Shown: positions 28,397 to 38,633, numbered from the stretch's first letter. The stretch: 64,000 nucleotides of DNA from Pyrinomonadaceae bacterium (GCA_021228405.1 JAJQRF010000001.1:1006515-1070514); one strand, 5' to 3'. The notes: generated by a model not told the origin, from the sequence alone. Program-made: numbers and translations.

Positions 28397-30031
28397 TTAA
28401 CTCGTCTTTTTCAGCAGATTTTTGAACGACTTTAGTTTTATCGTTCGCTTCGATTCCGAACTTTCGATAAGTTTCATTTCAGGAACGACCGCCAGAACCG
28501 GAATATCGTAACGCGATTCGAGCTGGCGTTGACTCAGAATAAAGTCTTCTGCCATCTCTTCCGACGCTTTATCGACAAAGATCGCACAAAAGATGCCGAC
28601 AAAAAGCCCGACCGCCGAAAGCGCGATAAAATTCAATATCGGCTTCGGATTGACCGCGCCGCTTCCCGCAAAAGGCGGATCGATGAGCGTGAAATTGAGC
28701 AATTGATTTTTCTGCAATGTCTGCCCGATCTCGCTTTCGCGCGCTTTTTTCTGATACAAAACGTAGGCTTCTTCGTTAATTGCCGCGTTTCTTTCAAGTT
28801 TTTCGCGTTCAATGCTTTTCAGGTTCATCGATTCGATGTCGGAGCGATATTTATCCATTGTCCCGGCAAGATTCGTTTCGCGCTGTCTGAGCGCGGCAAG
28901 CGACGATTTTGCGTTGTAAAGATCGCTGATAAGTCGGCGTTTGAGATCGTTTACGGCGTAGGATTTTTCCTGCGGCGGTGCTTTTTGTTCGGCTTCCAAA
29001 CTCTTCTGAACCTGCGCGATGCGTTCGTTGATGTCTTTTACGAAACGGCTTTCGGGTTTGTATTTCTGCATCAACTGCGTGCGTTCCTGCTGTAATTTCA
29101 GCAATTCGCTTTTCATCTGGTCGATCGCGCCGACATATTTCGTGACCGAACCCGTCTGAATTTGTTCGGGTTGTTCGTCGATCTGTTTTTGAAAAGCGGC
29201 AACTTTTTCATTCGTTTCGGTAATTTCCGTGCGCGTTTGGTTCAATTGCGATTGCACATCGTAATACTGTTTCAAAAGCATTTCGCGCTGAACTTTGATC
29301 TCCGAACCGCTGATGCCGTTTCTTGAATCGAAATTTTTGATGGCTTCGGTCGAGCTGTTCAATTTCGCGTTGTAATCTTCGGTTTGCTTGTTAAAAACTT
29401 CCGTAACTTGCGGTTTTTCGGCAATTTGGATATGCAGTTCGGCGTATTTTTTATAAATATTTTCGAGAACGAGTTTTGCCCTCACCGGATCGATGTCCCT
29501 GTAAGTCACTTTTATAACACGCGATTTTTTCGCCGGAACGACTTCCAGATTTGAAGCCACGCGGTCGGCTTCCGCTTCCAGAGCCTTTTTCACATCGGCT
29601 TCGGAAAGCGTTCTCATATCGACGCTTTCTTCTTTCTTTCCGAGCAGTTCGTTGATTTTCCCTTTCACGCTTTTGCGAAATTTGGCGACGGTTCCCGTTT
29701 CGGATGTTGGCGTGTATTTCGTGTTGAAAATTTCACGAACCGCGCCTGAAATTACTTCATTGCTTCGCAGAAATTCGAGCTCCGAATTGAATTCTTCATC
29801 GCTGATGCCGGGCAAAACCATTCCTGCGCCGGCATCGCCGGGCGTGATCGAGTTTTCGACCTTATCGCGCGAAATCATAATCGACATCGACGCTTCATAT
29901 TTCGGCGTGATTAAAAAGGTCACTAACATTCCCGAAAAAACGACCGAAAGCAAAATGCCCAGAATCAGCAGTTTATGTGAAAAAACCGATTGGAAAATCT
30001 GAAAAATGAAACTGTTTTGACTGTTTCTCAT
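28397..30031 (-). CDS. polysaccharide chain-length determinant (Wzz/GumC-like PCP, no kinase domain)
   Basis: N-terminal Wzz-type TM and coiled-coil periplasmic region with a second TM near the C-terminus. No Walker A motif. Confidence 0.75.
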   Translation of the reverse strand: MRNSQNSFIFQIFQSVFSHKLLILGILLSVVFSGMLVTFLITPKYEASMSIMISRDKVENSITPGDAGAGMVLPGISDEEFNSELEFLRSNEVISGAVREIFNTKYTPTSETGTVAKFRKSVKGKINELLGKKEESVDMRTLSEADVKKALEAEADRVASNLEVVPAKKSRVIKVTYRDIDPVRAKLVLENIYKKYAELHIQIAEKPQVTEVFNKQTEDYNAKLNSSTEAIKNFDSRNGISGSEIKVQREMLLKQYYDVQSQLNQTRTEITETNEKVAAFQKQIDEQPEQIQTGSVTKYVGAIDQMKSELLKLQQERTQLMQKYKPESRFVKDINERIAQVQKSLEAEQKAPPQEKSYAVNDLKRRLISDLYNAKSSLAALRQRETNLAGTMDKYRSDIESMNLKSIEREKLERNAAINEEAYVLYQKKARESEIGQTLQKNQLLNFTLIDPPFAGSGAVNPKPILNFIALSAVGLFVGIFCAIFVDKASEEMAEDFILSQRQLESRYDIPVLAVVPEMKLIESSESKRTIKLKSFKNLLKKTS

Positions 30032-30048
30032 AAAAACTAAAATCCGAA

Positions 30049-30720
30049 TTACAGAAGCGGAATGATCGGGAAAAATGACTGAAAACCTTCGAGAGCCTTA
30101 TTGAATTTCGACAATTTCGAGTCAGGCACGAAAATATAATCGCCGTCGTTGAGCGAAATATCGTCCGCATCGGAAAGTTTCTCGATCAGCTTCAAAACAT
30201 TGACTTCGCGCACCGTCCATTTGCCGTTTGCGTCAGCGCGGGCATACAAAACCATTCTGCGGTTCGCTTCCTTCGTAAATCCGCCCGCCAGAAAAATCGC
30301 TTTTATCATCGAATTTCCGTCGCGCAGGGAATATTTTCCCGGTCGATTGATCTGTCCGCCGATAAAGAAAGCGGGCGGCACAAATTCGGCGATGTTTACC
30401 GAAATGACCGGGTTCAGCAGAATTTCGTCGTAGCCTTTTTCGATCTTTTTCCTGAGTTCGGTCGCCGTCAGACCTTCGGCTTTGATGTCCGCGATCATCT
30501 GCAAACTGATAAAACCGTCGGGGCGCACGGTCAAAGCAGGCTCGTTCAATTCGGGATGATTGAGAAATTTGACGCTCAATTTATCGCCCGCCTTGATCCG
30601 ATACGACTCCGCAGGTTTTTCGTCATTGACGGTTTGCGCCGAAACAAAGATCGAAAGAACCGAAAAAGCCGAAATAAGCAGACAAAATGTAAAAATTCTT
30701 TCCGAAAAGCGGATTTTCAT
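30049..30720 (-). CDS. polysaccharide export protein (Wza-like short form; Poly_export/SLBB)
   Basis: Signal peptide followed by the Poly_export motif; 223 aa. Confidence 0.8.
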   Translation of the reverse strand: MKIRFSERIFTFCLLISAFSVLSIFVSAQTVNDEKPAESYRIKAGDKLSVKFLNHPELNEPALTVRPDGFISLQMIADIKAEGLTATELRKKIEKGYDEILLNPVISVNIAEFVPPAFFIGGQINRPGKYSLRDGNSMIKAIFLAGGFTKEANRRMVLYARADANGKWTVREVNVLKLIEKLSDADDISLNDGDYIFVPDSKLSKFNKALEGFQSFFPIIPLL

Positions 30721-30830
30721 AACTTAAAAAATCACCGATTTATAATTTTCTAAGCATAGAAAGTGAAAATAAATAAAAAACTCCAAAGAATTTTCCGTAA
30801 GCCTTTAAATTGGCGACTTTCGGACAAGGA

Positions 30831-30870
30831 AAAAAGGCTCAGACTTATCAAACAGTCTGAGCCTTTTTTT
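30831..30870. terminator. bidirectional rho-independent terminator (A5-stem-T7)
   Basis: AAAAAGGCTCAGAC-N10-GTCTGAGCCTTTTTTT, lying between the flotillin 3' end and the EPS-operon promoter region. Confidence 0.6.
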
Positions 30871-30899
30871 AAGGTTAAGCGGGAAAAAGCTATTCGATC

Positions 30900-33101
30900 T
30901 TACTTATTTCCGTTACTGCCGATAACTTCGCTTCTGTCACCGTTTTTCGCCATCTGATCGCGGAAAAGGTTGAGTAAAAGCAGAGTTCCGATTCCACCGC
31001 CATCGCCGTTCCCGTTGCCGCCGCCCGAAGCCATAATGTCGGGCGTAATGCGCACGCCTTTTTCACCGATGACCTTCAGGGTTTCGACCAGAGCAACGCC
31101 GTTTGCGCCGAGCGCGGCAACCTGTTCCTTATACGCAACGCCCTGCGCTTCACCCATCAAGCGAACTTTTTCGGCTTCGGATTTACCCGTTTCCGAGATG
31201 TAATATGCTTCGCCGTCGGCTTCGCGTTTGCGCTGTTCGGAGCGTTTGGCGGAGATTTCCACGCCGACCGTCGCTTCCATCAAACTGCGCTGGTTGTCGG
31301 CTTGCGATTTCGTTTTTTCGAGTTCGATGCGTTTAACCTCGGCTTCGCGCTGGGCGTTGAACATATTCTGTTTCTGTTCCGCCAAAATCTTTTCGGTCTG
31401 CGTTTTCATCAATTCTTCGGGCAGATGAATGTGACAGATCAAAACGTTGACGACATCGACGTGATATTTCAGCAAGTGCATCCGAACTCTCGCTTCGGCA
31501 CGTTCCTGTTCCTCGTGACGATTTTGCAGATAAGCCATCGCAGAAGATTCCGACGCTTGATTTCGGAAAATCGAATCGATGAGCGGGTGCATCACGTTCT
31601 GGACGAGTTTTTCGGTGCTTCCGATCTTTGCGACCATAAACGGCGCGTCTTCGGGTTTGACGCGGAAAACGACGCGCACTTCCAACTGCATCGTGAAACC
31701 GTCCTTCGAGATGACGGCAAACGGGTCGAATGAATTTCCGACTTCTTCCGCCGTCCATTCGACCGTCATATTCGTCGTCGGGATCACGATTGGCGTGGTC
31801 GCCAAAGTGTTCACGTAATAGCGTCCGGGACCGACCACCGTTTCCTGTATGCCGCGATAACCTTCGGGCACGACGTAGGCTTCGTGTGCGCCGCTGTCGA
31901 GCCGCTTATCCGCCGGATCGCTGACAAGCTCGGCTTTGATTTGTTCGATGGAAAGATTGTCGCCGTCAACCTTGTCGAGTTTTTCCGCCGCGATTGATAC
32001 TTGTTCTTCCTCTTCGCGTTCCAGCCGTTCGCGAATTTTCGCCGCCATCGCCTGACGGATTTCTTCGCCGGGGTCTTTGCCGACGTTGGAAACGATGACC
32101 GCCACTTCGCCGGGTCTGACTTCCTTCGCCGATTCCATAATCACCTTAAACATCAACGGGTTGATGTAATAAGTTCCGGGCAGAAGAATATCTTTCTGCG
32201 GTCCGCGCTGTCCGCCGCCCGTGATGAATGTGTTTGAATCCTGAAAGTTATCGTGTCCGGTCACGGCTTGCGCGACATAATCGCGCGGGTCGAGCCGTGC
32301 ACCGTCGAGAGCTTCCACGAGTCCGATCTGATTTTCCGAAATAACCGTCGCGTCGAAAAGGCGAATATTGAAAAGTCCGGGTCTCGGTTCGCTTCTTCCG
32401 TCAAGCGAGATCGATTGCGTGTGAATACGGTAAGTTCCGGGCGTTAAAGTTTCAACTTGCGGACCTTTTTGACCGCCGTTGTAAATAAAACTTTCCGCGT
32501 CCTGAAAGTTTTTATGACCTTTGATCGCACTCGCGTGCAGTCTTCCGGCTTCGAGTTGTGCGCCGTCAGCCGAAGTGACGACACCGATTTTCCCCGGCGG
32601 AATCACGGTTGCTTTAGCGACCGAAACATTGAACAAATACGGGTGAATCGCCCATTTTCCCGGCGGCAGAGTGCGAAGCTGAATACCTTTCACACCGCCC
32701 TGCTTGATAAAAGCGATCGGGTCCTGAAAATTATTGTGCACGTTTTGGGCGCGATCGGGCGCAAAGATCGAACCTGTCTGCATCGGTTCGCCGTCAATCG
32801 CTTCGATCACGCCGAGTTCGTCCGCGCCGATCTCGACGAGCGGCACTTTTTGAATGACGCGCTCTATCGGGTAAAGCACGAAATGCAGTCCGGGCTTTAA
32901 GACTTCCGCCTGAATCCCGATCTCGCCGTCGGTCGCAACGACGCGCCCCTGCGCCATTTTGCGCCCCAGATAACGGCGTTCTTTGATGCCGACCTCGGTC
33001 GCGCCGATATTTACCAGAAATCTCGTAATGACATACCAAACGATGCCGAGCAATATTAACGCAAGCACTGCCAGCACGATTAAAGGAATAAATTGTTCCA
33101 T
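30900..33101 (-). CDS. flotillin-like SPFH/band-7 protein with a triple internal repeat
   Basis: N-terminal TM, an SPFH domain, and a C-terminal flotillin-type EA-rich coiled coil. Three about 95-aa repeats each end in NFQD...GGxxGxQ. Confidence 0.8.
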   Translation of the reverse strand: MEQFIPLIVLAVLALILLGIVWYVITRFLVNIGATEVGIKERRYLGRKMAQGRVVATDGEIGIQAEVLKPGLHFVLYPIERVIQKVPLVEIGADELGVIEAIDGEPMQTGSIFAPDRAQNVHNNFQDPIAFIKQGGVKGIQLRTLPPGKWAIHPYLFNVSVAKATVIPPGKIGVVTSADGAQLEAGRLHASAIKGHKNFQDAESFIYNGGQKGPQVETLTPGTYRIHTQSISLDGRSEPRPGLFNIRLFDATVISENQIGLVEALDGARLDPRDYVAQAVTGHDNFQDSNTFITGGGQRGPQKDILLPGTYYINPLMFKVIMESAKEVRPGEVAVIVSNVGKDPGEEIRQAMAAKIRERLEREEEEQVSIAAEKLDKVDGDNLSIEQIKAELVSDPADKRLDSGAHEAYVVPEGYRGIQETVVGPGRYYVNTLATTPIVIPTTNMTVEWTAEEVGNSFDPFAVISKDGFTMQLEVRVVFRVKPEDAPFMVAKIGSTEKLVQNVMHPLIDSIFRNQASESSAMAYLQNRHEEQERAEARVRMHLLKYHVDVVNVLICHIHLPEELMKTQTEKILAEQKQNMFNAQREAEVKRIELEKTKSQADNQRSLMEATVGVEISAKRSEQRKREADGEAYYISETGKSEAEKVRLMGEAQGVAYKEQVAALGANGVALVETLKVIGEKGVRITPDIMASGGGNGNGDGGGIGTLLLLNLFRDQMAKNGDRSEVIGSNGNK

Positions 33102-33114
33102 TGTTTTGCCTCTT

Positions 33115-33699
33115 TTATTTAACAGAATGGTCTGACGTTTTCGTAAAAACCCCAGCTTGTGCCTCTGACTTCAGACGCAATTCGGCGATTTCCTCCTTGA
33201 GCCGAAATGTTGCGCCCGAAATTCTTTCCTGTTGGGGAAGAGTTTGGAAATGACTTTCCAACAAATCCGCCAAATCCTTTGCAGACAAATTTACTATCCG
33301 GTTTTCTTTCCAAAAATTTAAGACGTTTTGAGCAGTTTCAAAAAACAGCTTCCCGTTTTCGCTCTGTGAAGCGAGATTAATCAGCCCGACCGTGTTTTTA
33401 CGGTTCGGCTCATCGCTCCAAATCTTTTGAAATTCATAGATTCTTTCCGCTTTTTCGGCGAGCAAGTCTTTTCTTTTTTGCTCTTCCAGGGCATTCAAAC
33501 GCATTCTTTCTGCACGTTCGAGCGCACGGAGTTCTTCTTCGTCCGGCTCAAAAAGCGAACGAAACGGCTTTATTTCCTGAATTTCTTTTATTTCGGATGA
33601 ATTGAGAGTTTTTCGGCTCTTCGACAAAAGTGAAATTGTGATGACCGCCGAAATAATCGTTAAAATTATAAAAAGGAAGAGCATTTTTGCCCAAGTCAA
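33115..33699 (-). CDS. membrane-anchored hypothetical protein, upstream partner of the flotillin
   Basis: N-terminal TM (LFLFIILTIISAVITISLL) then a charged coiled-coil region. Same strand as flotillin with a 13-nt gap. Confidence 0.5.
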   Translation of the reverse strand: MTWAKMLFLFIILTIISAVITISLLSKSRKTLNSSEIKEIQEIKPFRSLFEPDEEELRALERAERMRLNALEEQKRKDLLAEKAERIYEFQKIWSDEPNRKNTVGLINLASQSENGKLFFETAQNVLNFWKENRIVNLSAKDLADLLESHFQTLPQQERISGATFRLKEEIAELRLKSEAQAGVFTKTSDHSVK

Positions 33700-33888
33700 C
33701 TTCGGACTAAAACTTAAACCACCTTCCGAGCGTTGCCCTCATGTAAAAACTAATACGCGAGCAATATAAATTAAGTTCTAAATTTCTTCAACCTTGGGCG
33801 TAAAAAATTTGAAACAACGATTCAGGCAGATTTTCACTCATTAAATCGCTTTTTTACAAATCGGTGAAAATTCGTGTCAATCGTTGTT

Positions 33889-34455
33889 TCAAATCTCTTC
33901 GTCATAATTTCCCGCCGCGATCTCGCGCATTTTTTTGCTCACCAGATCATACGAAAAACCTTGTCGAAGCAGATAATCGTAAAACTTTTTCGCATCTTCG
34001 CGGGTTTCGGGTTTGCCTTTCAGACGCAAACGTTTGGCAATGGCGCGTTCGATGATCTCTTCTTCGGGCATTTCTTCCAAAACCCGTTCGAGCGCGTCGT
34101 TGACGGTTTCCTTATCGAGCTTTTTCATCGCCAGTTTTTGCTTCAAAATGCGTTTCCCGACAGGCTTTTGGCGAATTTGCGATTCGGCAAAACTTTTCGC
34201 AAAAGTTTCGTCGTTGAGATAACCGTAAAACTTCAGTTTTTCGATGACTTCTTCGACAAGTTCTTCGCTTGCCCAATCCTTTTCCAGCAATCTTGTCCGC
34301 AATTCGGCGACCGAACGCGGTTTGTAGGTAAGCAGATTGACGGCGCGATCGAAGGTTTTCTGCCGCGCTTTTTCGGGCGGCATCTCACGCGGCTTTTTTT
34401 CTTCGTCCGAATCTTCGGTATTTTTCGGCGTGCGCCAATTTCGTTTTTTGAACAT
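33889..34455 (-). CDS. recX: recombination regulator RecX
   Basis: 188 aa with the RecX helical-repeat signature (LLTYKPRSVAELRTRLLEK..., YLNDETFAKSFAE...). Confidence 0.8.
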   Translation of the reverse strand: MFKKRNWRTPKNTEDSDEEKKPREMPPEKARQKTFDRAVNLLTYKPRSVAELRTRLLEKDWASEELVEEVIEKLKFYGYLNDETFAKSFAESQIRQKPVGKRILKQKLAMKKLDKETVNDALERVLEEMPEEEIIERAIAKRLRLKGKPETREDAKKFYDYLLRQGFSYDLVSKKMREIAAGNYDEEI

Positions 34456-34534
34456 AAGTTAGATTTTAGCGCAAAGAAAGCGAATACGCAGTTTGAGCGA
34501 AGCGTGAATTATTTCATAAACTTACAATATATTT

Positions 34535-35317
34535 ATGTTAAAAGAACAAATTAAAATTCACGAAAATTTCGGTTCCGCACAGCTCGGCGCACCGCGCAAT
34601 ATCTTGGTTTACCTGCCGCCCGATTACGGAAACGATCCCGAACGCCGTTATCCCGTTTTATATATGCACGACGGGCAAAATCTGATAAATCCGGCGGACG
34701 CTTTCGGCGGCGTGGCGTGGGAAGTTGACGAAACGGCGCAACGCCTGATTCTGGAAAATCAGATCGAACCTTTAATCATCGTCGGAATTTACAATTCGGG
34801 TGAAAAACGAATCGACGAATACACGCCGACAAAAAGCAGCAACGGAAAAATGCGCGGACGCGGCGGACTTGCCGACCAATACGGGCGAATGATTATCGAA
34901 GAGATCAAACCGTTTATCGACCGCGAATATCTGACGCGTCCCGAACGTGAATTTACCGCGCTCGGCGGTTCGAGCCTGGGCGGTCTGGTGTCGCTCTATC
35001 TCGGTTTCAAACGTCCCGACGTTTTCAGCCGTCTGGCGGTCATTTCGCCTTCGGTTTGGTGGGCAAATAATCAGATCATCCGCGAAATCGCGCTTGTCGG
35101 CGAACGTCTGCCGCTCAGAATCTGGCTCGACATCGGCAAAAAAGAAGGCTCGCGCATCAAGCATCAGGTTCGTGCCTTGAAGGAAATTTTGCTGGCAAAC
35201 GGTTGGCAAAACGATCTCGACCTCGCTTATTACGAAATCCCCGAAGCGCGTCACGAAGAATCGGCTTGGGCGCAAAGATTTGGTGAAGTGCTGAAATTTT
35301 TGTTTCCCGTTTTGTAA
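34535..35317 (+). CDS. esterase-family alpha/beta hydrolase (enterochelin-esterase-like)
   Basis: YPVLYMHDGQN and GGSSLGG (GxSxG nucleophile elbow). Paralog of 52311..53309. Confidence 0.8.
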   Translation: MLKEQIKIHENFGSAQLGAPRNILVYLPPDYGNDPERRYPVLYMHDGQNLINPADAFGGVAWEVDETAQRLILENQIEPLIIVGIYNSGEKRIDEYTPTKSSNGKMRGRGGLADQYGRMIIEEIKPFIDREYLTRPEREFTALGGSSLGGLVSLYLGFKRPDVFSRLAVISPSVWWANNQIIREIALVGERLPLRIWLDIGKKEGSRIKHQVRALKEILLANGWQNDLDLAYYEIPEARHEESAWAQRFGEVLKFLFPVL

Positions 35318-35321
35318 ATTT

Positions 35322-36242
35322 ATGGACGGAATTTTGATTATCGATAAACCCGCCGGCATTACTTCGCACGATGTCGTGGCGCGTTGCCGCCGCATTCTGA
35401 AAACAAAACGCATCGGGCACACGGGAACGCTCGATCCTTTTGCCACGGGCGTGGTCGTAATTTTAGTCGAAAAAGCGACGCGCCTCGCGCAATTTTTGGA
35501 CAAAGACGCGAAGGAATACGAAGCGGTTGCGCGTTTCGGATTTGAAACCGATACGGGCGACCGAACGGGCGAATTACGAATTATGAATTATGAATTACGT
35601 GACATTTCAGTTGAGGACATCGAAGCCGTTTTGCCCGAATTTCGCGGCGAGATTTTGCAAACTCCGCCGATGTATTCGGCAAAAAAAATCGAAGGGAAAA
35701 AACTTTACGAACTTGCGCGAAAAGGAATCGAGATCGAACGCAAAGCAGTCAAAGTTAATATTTACGATCTGGAGGTAACGGAAGAATTGCAAGACAGTGC
35801 ATCGACAAACGATTCAGGACTCAAAACTCAAGACTTCAGACTTAAAGTTTCCTGTTCCGCCGGAACATATATTCGGACTTTGGCGGAAGACCTCGGGAAA
35901 AAGCTCGGGACCGGGGCACATCTGGCGGAACTTCGGCGCACGAAAGCCGGAAAACTCTCGCTTGAAAATGCCGTCACGCTCGAGAAACTCGAAGAGATCG
36001 TCAAAGAAAACAAACTCGGCGAAATTCTTGTTTCGATGAACGAAGCCGTTTCGCATTTGACGGAAATTTCACTGTCGGAAAATGAGATCGCCAAAATAAA
36101 AAATGGCGTAAAACTTAGAAAAGAGTTGGAAAATTCAAAAAACGGCGATTTTCTGCGATTAACGGACGGCGAAAATCTTTTGGCAATCGGCTTTTATGAT
36201 GAAGCCGAAAAAAAAGTTCAGCCGAAGATGGTTTTGGTGTAA
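35322..36242 (+). CDS. truB: tRNA pseudouridine(55) synthase
   Basis: IIDKPAGITSHDVV...GHTGTLDPFATGVV, the catalytic Asp motif, with a C-terminal PUA-like region. Confidence 0.9.
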   Translation: MDGILIIDKPAGITSHDVVARCRRILKTKRIGHTGTLDPFATGVVVILVEKATRLAQFLDKDAKEYEAVARFGFETDTGDRTGELRIMNYELRDISVEDIEAVLPEFRGEILQTPPMYSAKKIEGKKLYELARKGIEIERKAVKVNIYDLEVTEELQDSASTNDSGLKTQDFRLKVSCSAGTYIRTLAEDLGKKLGTGAHLAELRRTKAGKLSLENAVTLEKLEEIVKENKLGEILVSMNEAVSHLTEISLSENEIAKIKNGVKLRKELENSKNGDFLRLTDGENLLAIGFYDEAEKKVQPKMVLV

Positions 36243-36261
36243 AATTTGAAAAAGAAGGAAT

Positions 36262-36380
36262 TATCCACCGATGAACACAGATAACCCCGGATAAAATAGA
36301 AGATTGTAAAACGCTATTTTTGGCTCAAAACGAACTCAGGGAAAGTTATTAGAAAAATCTGTGTCCATCTGTAGATAATA
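36262..36380. repeat. family B palindromic element
   Basis: TTATCCACCGATGAACACAGATAA ... ATCTGTGTCCATCTGTAGATAA. Confidence 0.65.
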
Positions 36381-36399
36381 AAAAATTTCGGAGTTATTT

Positions 36400-37401
36400 A
36401 TGAAAGCAAGAAATGTAGCTTTGGGAATCGGCGGCGCGGTCGGTGCGGTTGTAGCCTGGAAACTTTTGACGCGCCCGAACGCAGTTCTCTGGGAAAACGT
36501 TGCGGATAAAATTCATCACGCCGAACATTCGCATTTTACGGAAGTTGACGGCGTTACGATTCATTTTCAGGAATTCGGAATGCGCGGAAAACCGACCTTG
36601 CTTTTGGTTCACGGTTTTACGGCTTCGACATACGTTTGGCAAGCGGTTGCGCCCGTGCTGGCGGCTGACTTTCACGTGATCGCGGTCGATCTGGTCGGTT
36701 TCGGATTTTCGGATAAACCGAAATCGTTCGATTATACGATCGGTTCGCAGGCGCGAATGATCGAGCGTTTTATGGATCGGCTCGGCATCGGACGCGCCAC
36801 GGTCGTCGGCAGTTCCTACGGCGGCGCGGTTTCGCTGACGCTTGCCCTCGATTATCCCGAACGCGTCGAAAAACTCGTGCTGGTCGATGCCGTCATCAAT
36901 AATTCGCCGAAAAAACATCCGATTATGAAGCTCGCCAAAATTCCCGGTGTCGGCGAAGTAATCACGCCGTTTCTGGTCGATTCAAAAACTTTTATGCGAG
37001 TCCGAATGAAAGAAACCATTCATCCGGCAAATTATCATTTGATTAACGATGAACGCATCAACTCGATCCTTCGCCCGTTGAGCGCGGCGGACGGACATCA
37101 CGCCGTTTTAGCTTCGGGAAGAAATTGGGAAGCCGACCGCATCGAAGAGGATTTGTCCTTAATAAATCAACCGACACTGATAATCTGGGGCGAAAATGAC
37201 ACGGTGATTCCGATCTACAACGGCGAAACGCTTTACAATTCGATTCTGAATTCGCGTTTCGTCGTGCTGAAACATTGCGGTCACGTTCCGATGGAAGAAA
37301 AGCCCGAAATTTTTGCGAGTCTGGTAGCCGAATTCTTAAAGGATAAAAAAGGTCACATCGAAGCACCCGACGACGACGAAATTCTACTCGAAGGCATTTA
37401 G
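36400..37401 (+). CDS. alpha/beta hydrolase fold protein
   Basis: LLLVHGF ... VVGSSYGG (GxSxG) ... C-terminal His. Confidence 0.85.
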   Translation: MKARNVALGIGGAVGAVVAWKLLTRPNAVLWENVADKIHHAEHSHFTEVDGVTIHFQEFGMRGKPTLLLVHGFTASTYVWQAVAPVLAADFHVIAVDLVGFGFSDKPKSFDYTIGSQARMIERFMDRLGIGRATVVGSSYGGAVSLTLALDYPERVEKLVLVDAVINNSPKKHPIMKLAKIPGVGEVITPFLVDSKTFMRVRMKETIHPANYHLINDERINSILRPLSAADGHHAVLASGRNWEADRIEEDLSLINQPTLIIWGENDTVIPIYNGETLYNSILNSRFVVLKHCGHVPMEEKPEIFASLVAEFLKDKKGHIEAPDDDEILLEGI

Positions 37402-37423
37402 AAAATTTTTATTTTGTGGAGTC

Positions 37424-37462
37424 GAAAAGTTTGTTCATTATTTTGAACAAACTTTTTTTTAT
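37424..37462 (+). terminator. rho-independent terminator
   Basis: AAAGTTTGTTCA-N6-TGAACAAACTTT followed by T8. Confidence 0.6.
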
Positions 37463-37653
37463 TTTTCACTGTAAATGCTTCAATTTCTTCAAATTTGTTT
37501 ATTTTCTTTCTAACAAGCGGCTTTTTTGAGGACATAAACGGTTGACGAGAATATTTGAATCGTTGTATTTTACTTAAGCCTTCTATAAATATCGGTTATT
37601 AAGTCATTCGTTTTTTTAACTATATAAATTCAAACCAAGGAGATTACCGATAG

Positions 37654-38562
37654 ATGAGTAAGTTTCGTTTTTTAACAGCTTTTGCAGGTATTTCTGCAAT
37701 TGCTATCGCACTTTTCGCGTTTGACTTCGTGACAAACGCTCAACGCAGCCGAACCGAAGCCGATGCGGACGTGAAAGTTCCGATCGTGCGCGGCGAAAGA
37801 TTCTGCGCGACCGATCACAATCCTGAAAGAATTGCAGCGGCTGAAGCCGATTTTGCACAACGTCTCGATGCTAAAGAAGGTGATACTTCGAGCGTTACGG
37901 GCGGCGTAATCAATGTTTATTTCCACGTTATCCGTCGCGGAACAGGTGTTTCAAACGGCGACATAACAACGACGATGATCAATAATCAAATGAGTGTTTT
38001 GAATAATGCTTATGCGTCTTGGGGTTGGTCATTCAATCTCGTAACCGTCACGCGCACAACCAATTCAACTTGGTTTACGGGTTGCTACGGTTCGTCGGAA
38101 AGCGCAATGAAAAACTCGCTTCGCCAGGGAACGGCTGATGACCTGAACATTTATTCGTGTTCACCGTCGGGCGGCATTCTGGGTTACGCGACATTCCCTT
38201 CGAGCTATACTTCGGCTCCGAAGCTGGACGGCGTTGTTTTGCTTTACAGTTCGGTTCCGGGCGGAACCGCCGCGCCGTATAACCTCGGCGATACGGGAAC
38301 GCACGAAGTCGGTCACTGGATGGGCTTGTATCACACATTTCAAGGCGGATGCAACGGCAACGGCGATTTCGTTTCCGATACACCGGCAGAAGCCAGCGCG
38401 GCTTTCGGATGCCCGACAGGACGCAACACTTGCAGCACGGCAGGCGTTGACCCGATCACGAACTTTATGGATTACACGGACGATTCGTGTATGTTCCAGT
38501 TCACGACCGGACAAGATTCGAGAATGGATTCGCAATTTACGACCTATCGCTATAACAGATAG
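37654..38562 (+). CDS. secreted zinc metalloprotease, M43 (pappalysin/ulilysin-like) family
   Basis: Signal peptide. HEVGHWMGLYHTF extended zinc-binding motif; Cys-rich. A good SD (AAGGAG) precedes the start. Confidence 0.8.
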   Translation: MSKFRFLTAFAGISAIAIALFAFDFVTNAQRSRTEADADVKVPIVRGERFCATDHNPERIAAAEADFAQRLDAKEGDTSSVTGGVINVYFHVIRRGTGVSNGDITTTMINNQMSVLNNAYASWGWSFNLVTVTRTTNSTWFTGCYGSSESAMKNSLRQGTADDLNIYSCSPSGGILGYATFPSSYTSAPKLDGVVLLYSSVPGGTAAPYNLGDTGTHEVGHWMGLYHTFQGGCNGNGDFVSDTPAEASAAFGCPTGRNTCSTAGVDPITNFMDYTDDSCMFQFTTGQDSRMDSQFTTYRYNR

Positions 38563-38633
38563 TTTTGTCCAAACTGAAATTAAAAATGGAAAGTCCTTCG
38601 CGGCTTTCCATTTTTTTATTAAAATCGATTTCG

